NCBI GenBank assembly: GCA_965655095.1
Contig: OZ296649.1
Location: forward strand, 133,672,001-133,736,000
Direction of reading: 5' to 3'
DNA length: 64,000 bases
From: Haplodiscus bocki
Lineage: Eukaryota
The notes under the pieces are model-generated. The model was given only the letters and a program-made list of their open reading frames with translations, had not been told where the DNA came from and made no database searches. The translations under genes were made by a program, and so were the position numbers. Positions within the stretch are counted from its first letter, which is position 1; each line of letters opens with the position of its first letter. Positions 60,377-64,000 of this stretch are shown one piece after another.

Positions 60377-63300
60377 TGTGGAAGGCTTTGGGATTTGTAT
60401 TTGGCTGATTTTCTTTTGAAGCTGTAGTGGAAGTTGGATTAATCACTAGCTCTTTCTTTTTGCAGTACAGTTAAAACACAAATGATTTGGGGGGTATACT
60501 TGCACCTTAAATCGTTTAAAGTTCGTCTTCTAGATAGTCCAACAGTTCTTCTACTTTGTCTTTGAGCGTTGATTCTAACTTCAATGATTTGGAGTGTTTG
60601 CCCAAGGTATCATAGAGTCTGTTGACTTCAATTGGGTCAATGTCAATTTCCATATAGTAGGGCTCATTGTGGCGTTCGAAGACTCTCTTTCGAACGAGGG
60701 GAGAACATCCAAATTTACTTTCTGTCGCTAAGGTTTCATGACAAATTCCATATTTGCTTCAACCAATACATTTGTCGACTTGGTCTCTCGTTACTAGAGA
60801 AGTTTCCATCAAGTTTTCGGATACTGCCAAGTATTCTGCTTCCATAGTCCACTTAACTGCCATGTCTTCGTCCCTTTGGGGTTGAGGTAGCACAATTGCT
60901 TGGTACACTGTGAATGCTGTTTGTCGTGATGCAAATGGCATTGCCATTGTCATCAAAAGACCATTATCAAGGGTAAATACATCCAATAAAGGGCGTGATT
61001 CATAATATGCCAAAGTTCCTGTTTTGGAATGGCAAATGTAAGTCTGTTATCGGACTTCTCTTATGAGTCGTCGACCACTTTCAAGATTTTTCCAAGGATT
61101 TCTCAGGTAATAGGGACAAAGGAACGTAATTTGAAAGTAGAGAGGGAATAGCGTTCATTATACTCATCTGGAACGCAAACAGCTGCTCGATAGGCTTTGA
61201 CGTTGCAATAGATTAGGGAAAGCCAAGAAGAAACTGTATCCAAATTGAAGTTCATCTGTTGTCTTGTATAAAGTAGTTGATCACAGTTGCGCATGTCGTG
61301 GATATTCTCCCGGAATTGTTTCTCGATCTTTTGCAAGTTCTCTTTTTGAATTTCGATAAATTGATTTTGGATTTCGTGTGAAGGAGGGCTAAATCTTTTG
61401 AGACACGGAAAAATTTCTCATCGGTTGTGTTCGCAAGTTGTCGCCAATAGCTATGGTGTATTCTCGATATTTTTCAGCATTTGTTCGGGCTTTTTCTTGA
61501 CATGATCCAAAGATACCCAAGATACCACAAACATCCGATGCACCAAACATGATGCCGGTTCCGAATAATCCTACGGCGCATGCTACTGCTAAAGGTACTG
61601 CTCTTTTAGACAGTTGTTTTTTCTTGATTTCAGTGACCTTCAAGAAGGAGGCTACTTCGTGTTTTATTTTGTTCAGGTCTTCGTCGGCGAACGAGATTTG
61701 CTTTTTCGTTTCTTTTAGAAGCCAATCTACTTTGAAGTCGTTTTGACTTGTGTTTGTGAAATTAAGATAACATCTATAGGTCAGCATTCCGGCATTCGCC
61801 ACATGCTGTAATTCTGTTGCTACTTTGTCTAGGCTTTCCGTTAGTTGGATGTCAACTTTTTGGTAGGGGAGTAAGAATTGGACATTTACAAATTTTTCTG
61901 CCAAAAGTATTTTTGTCCCTTCGTGGGAAAATACTCCTCGCTCAACACTACCTTTGCCATCTGCTACCGCTACTACTAAAAACAGAAAAAGTAGAGTCAT
62001 TGTGGAAGGCTTTGGGATTTTTATTTGGCTGATTTTCTTTTGAAGCTGTAGTGGAAGTTGGATTATTCACTAGCTTTTTCTTTTTGCAGTACAGTTAAAA
62101 CAAATGATTTGGGGGGTATACTTGCACCTTAAATCGTTTAAAGTTCGTCTTCTAGATAGTCCAACAGTTCTTCTACTTTGTCTTTGAACGTTGATTCTAA
62201 CTTCAATGATTTGGAGTGTTTGCCCAAGGTATCATAGAGTCTGTTGACTTCAATTGGGTCAATGTCAATTTCCATATAGTAGGGCTCATTGTGGGGTTCG
62301 AAGACTCTCTTTCGAATGAGGGGAGAACATCCAAATTTACTTTCTGTCGCTAAGGTTTCATGACAAATTCTATATTTGCTTGAACCAATACATTTGTCGA
62401 CTTGGTCTCTCGTTACTAGAGAAGTTTCCATCAAGTTTTCCGATACTGCCAGGTATTCTGCTTCCATAGTCCACTTAACTGCCATGTCTTCGTCCCTTTG
62501 GGGTTGAGGTAGCACAATTGCTTGGTACACTGTGAATGCTGTTTGTCGTGATGCAAATGGCATTGCCATTGTCATCAAAAGACCATTATCAAGGGTAAAT
62601 ACATCCAATAAAGGGTATGATTCCTAATATGCCAAACTTCCTGTTTTGGAATGGCCAAGGTAAGTCAGTCATCGGACTTCTCTTATGAGTCGTCAACCAC
62701 TTTCAAGATTTTTCAAAGGATTTCTTAGGTAATAGGGACAAAGGAACGTCTTTTGAAAGTAGAGAGGGAATAGCATTCATAATACTCATCTGGAACGCAA
62801 ACAGCTGCTCGATAGGCTTTGACGTTGCAATAGATTAGGGAAAGCCAAGAAGAAACTGTATCCAAATTGAAGTTCATCTGTTGTCTTGTATAAAGTAGTT
62901 GATCACAGTTGCGCATGTCGTGGATATTCTCCCGGAATTGTTTCTCGATCTTTTGCAAGTTCTCTTTTTGAATTTCGATAAATTGATTTTGGATTTCGTG
63001 AAGGAGGACTAAATCTTTTGAGACACGGAAAAATTTCTCATCGGTTGTGTTCGCAAGTTGTCGCCAATAGCTATGGTGTATTCTCGATATTTTTCAGCAT
63101 TTGTTCGGGCTTTTTCTTGACATGATCCAAAGATACCCAAGATACCACAAACATCCGATGCACCAAACATGATGCCGGTTCCGAATAATCCTACGGCGCA
63201 TGCTACTGCTAAAGGTACTGCTCTTTTAGACAGTTGTTTTTTCTTGATTTCAGTGACCTTCAAGAAGGAGGCTACTTCGTGTTTTATTTTGTTCAGGTCT

Positions 63301-64000
63301 TCGTCGGCGAACGAGATTTGCTTTTTCGTTTCTTTTAGAAGCCAATCTACTTTGAAGTCGTTTTGACTTGTGTTTGTGAAATTAAGATAACATCTATAGG
63401 TCAGCATTCCGGCATTCGCCACATGCTGTAATTCTGTTGCTACTTTGTCTAGGCTTTCCGTTAGTTGGATGTCAACTTTTTGGTAGGGGAGTAAGAATTG
63501 GACATTTACAAATTTTTCTGCCAAAAGTATTTTTGTCCCTTCGTGGGAAAATACTCCTCGCTCAACACTACCTTTGCCATCTGCTACCGCTACTACTAAA
63601 AACAGAAAAAGTAGAGTCATTGTGGAAGGCTTTGGGATTTTTATTTGGCTGATTTTCTTTTGAAGCTGTAGTGGAAGTTGGATTATTCACTAGCTCTTTC
63701 TTTTTGCAGTACAGTTAAAACACAAATGATTTGGGGGGTATACTTGCACCTTAAATCGTTTAAAGTTCGTCTTCTAGATAGTCCAACAGTTCTTCTACTT
63801 TGTCTTTGAACGTTGATTCTAACTTCAAGGATTTGGAGTGTTTGCCCAAGGTATCATAGAGTCTGTTGACTTCAATTGGGTCAATGTCAATTTCCATATA
63901 GTAGGGCTCATTGTGGGGTTCGAAGACTCTCTTTCGAATGAGGGGAGAACATCCAAATTTACTTTCTGTCGCTAAGGTTTCATGACAAATTCTATATTTG
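60377..64000 (-). repeat. env array type C: 2 full units (~1620-1624 bp) plus a partial one running off the window
   Basis: ATGs at 62000 and 63620 open identical 203-aa ORFs that retain QLTESLDK and ANAGMLTY, which are deleted in the A, B and terminal units. Confidence 0.95.

Noticed and set aside
52019-63652. Recurrent plus-strand ORFs in the array (MMPVPNNPTA..., MGRHWPYAAILLL...)
   Set aside because: They are antisense shadows of the env frame that recur only because the DNA is repeated.
50328-64000. CRISPR-like or diversity-generating cassette interpretation of the array
   Set aside because: Units are kilobase-long near-identical gene fragments with no short repeat / unique spacer pattern, no cas or RT gene, and no adenine-specific variable region.

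Overview
AT-rich (roughly 35-40% GC by eye), repeat-dense eukaryotic genomic DNA, most likely from an invertebrate animal. It has spliceosomal introns and no operon structure, so most short ORFs in the track are spurious or transposon debris. Left to right: (i) an old, decayed Gypsy-type LTR retrotransposon with both LTRs (5601-10239); (ii) a fossil Polinton/Maverick-like endogenous virus (~16.3-27.8 kb) with protein-primed PolB on +, a double-jelly-roll capsid-like gene on -, and possible protease and minor-capsid remnants, riddled with nested insertions (Ingi/Vingi-like LINE, 112-bp hairpin, TA-flanked foldback element, inverted-repeat element); (iii) one intact host gene, ABHD13 (7 coding exons, - strand, 28028-34678, one GC-AG intron, an RTE-like LINE in intron 3); (iv) a truncated BEL/Pao element between ~580-bp direct repeats; (v) a Ser/Thr-rich terminal exon of an unidentified gene; (vi) an ancient ~175-bp tandem repeat; (vii) the most striking feature, a >13.6-kb young head-to-tail array (50.3 kb to the window end) built from a class-I viral fusion (env/F-like) glycoprotein gene, in three unit types of about 1.04, 1.605 and 1.62 kb carrying complementary deletions. 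Family assignments come from motif recognition by eye, not database searches.
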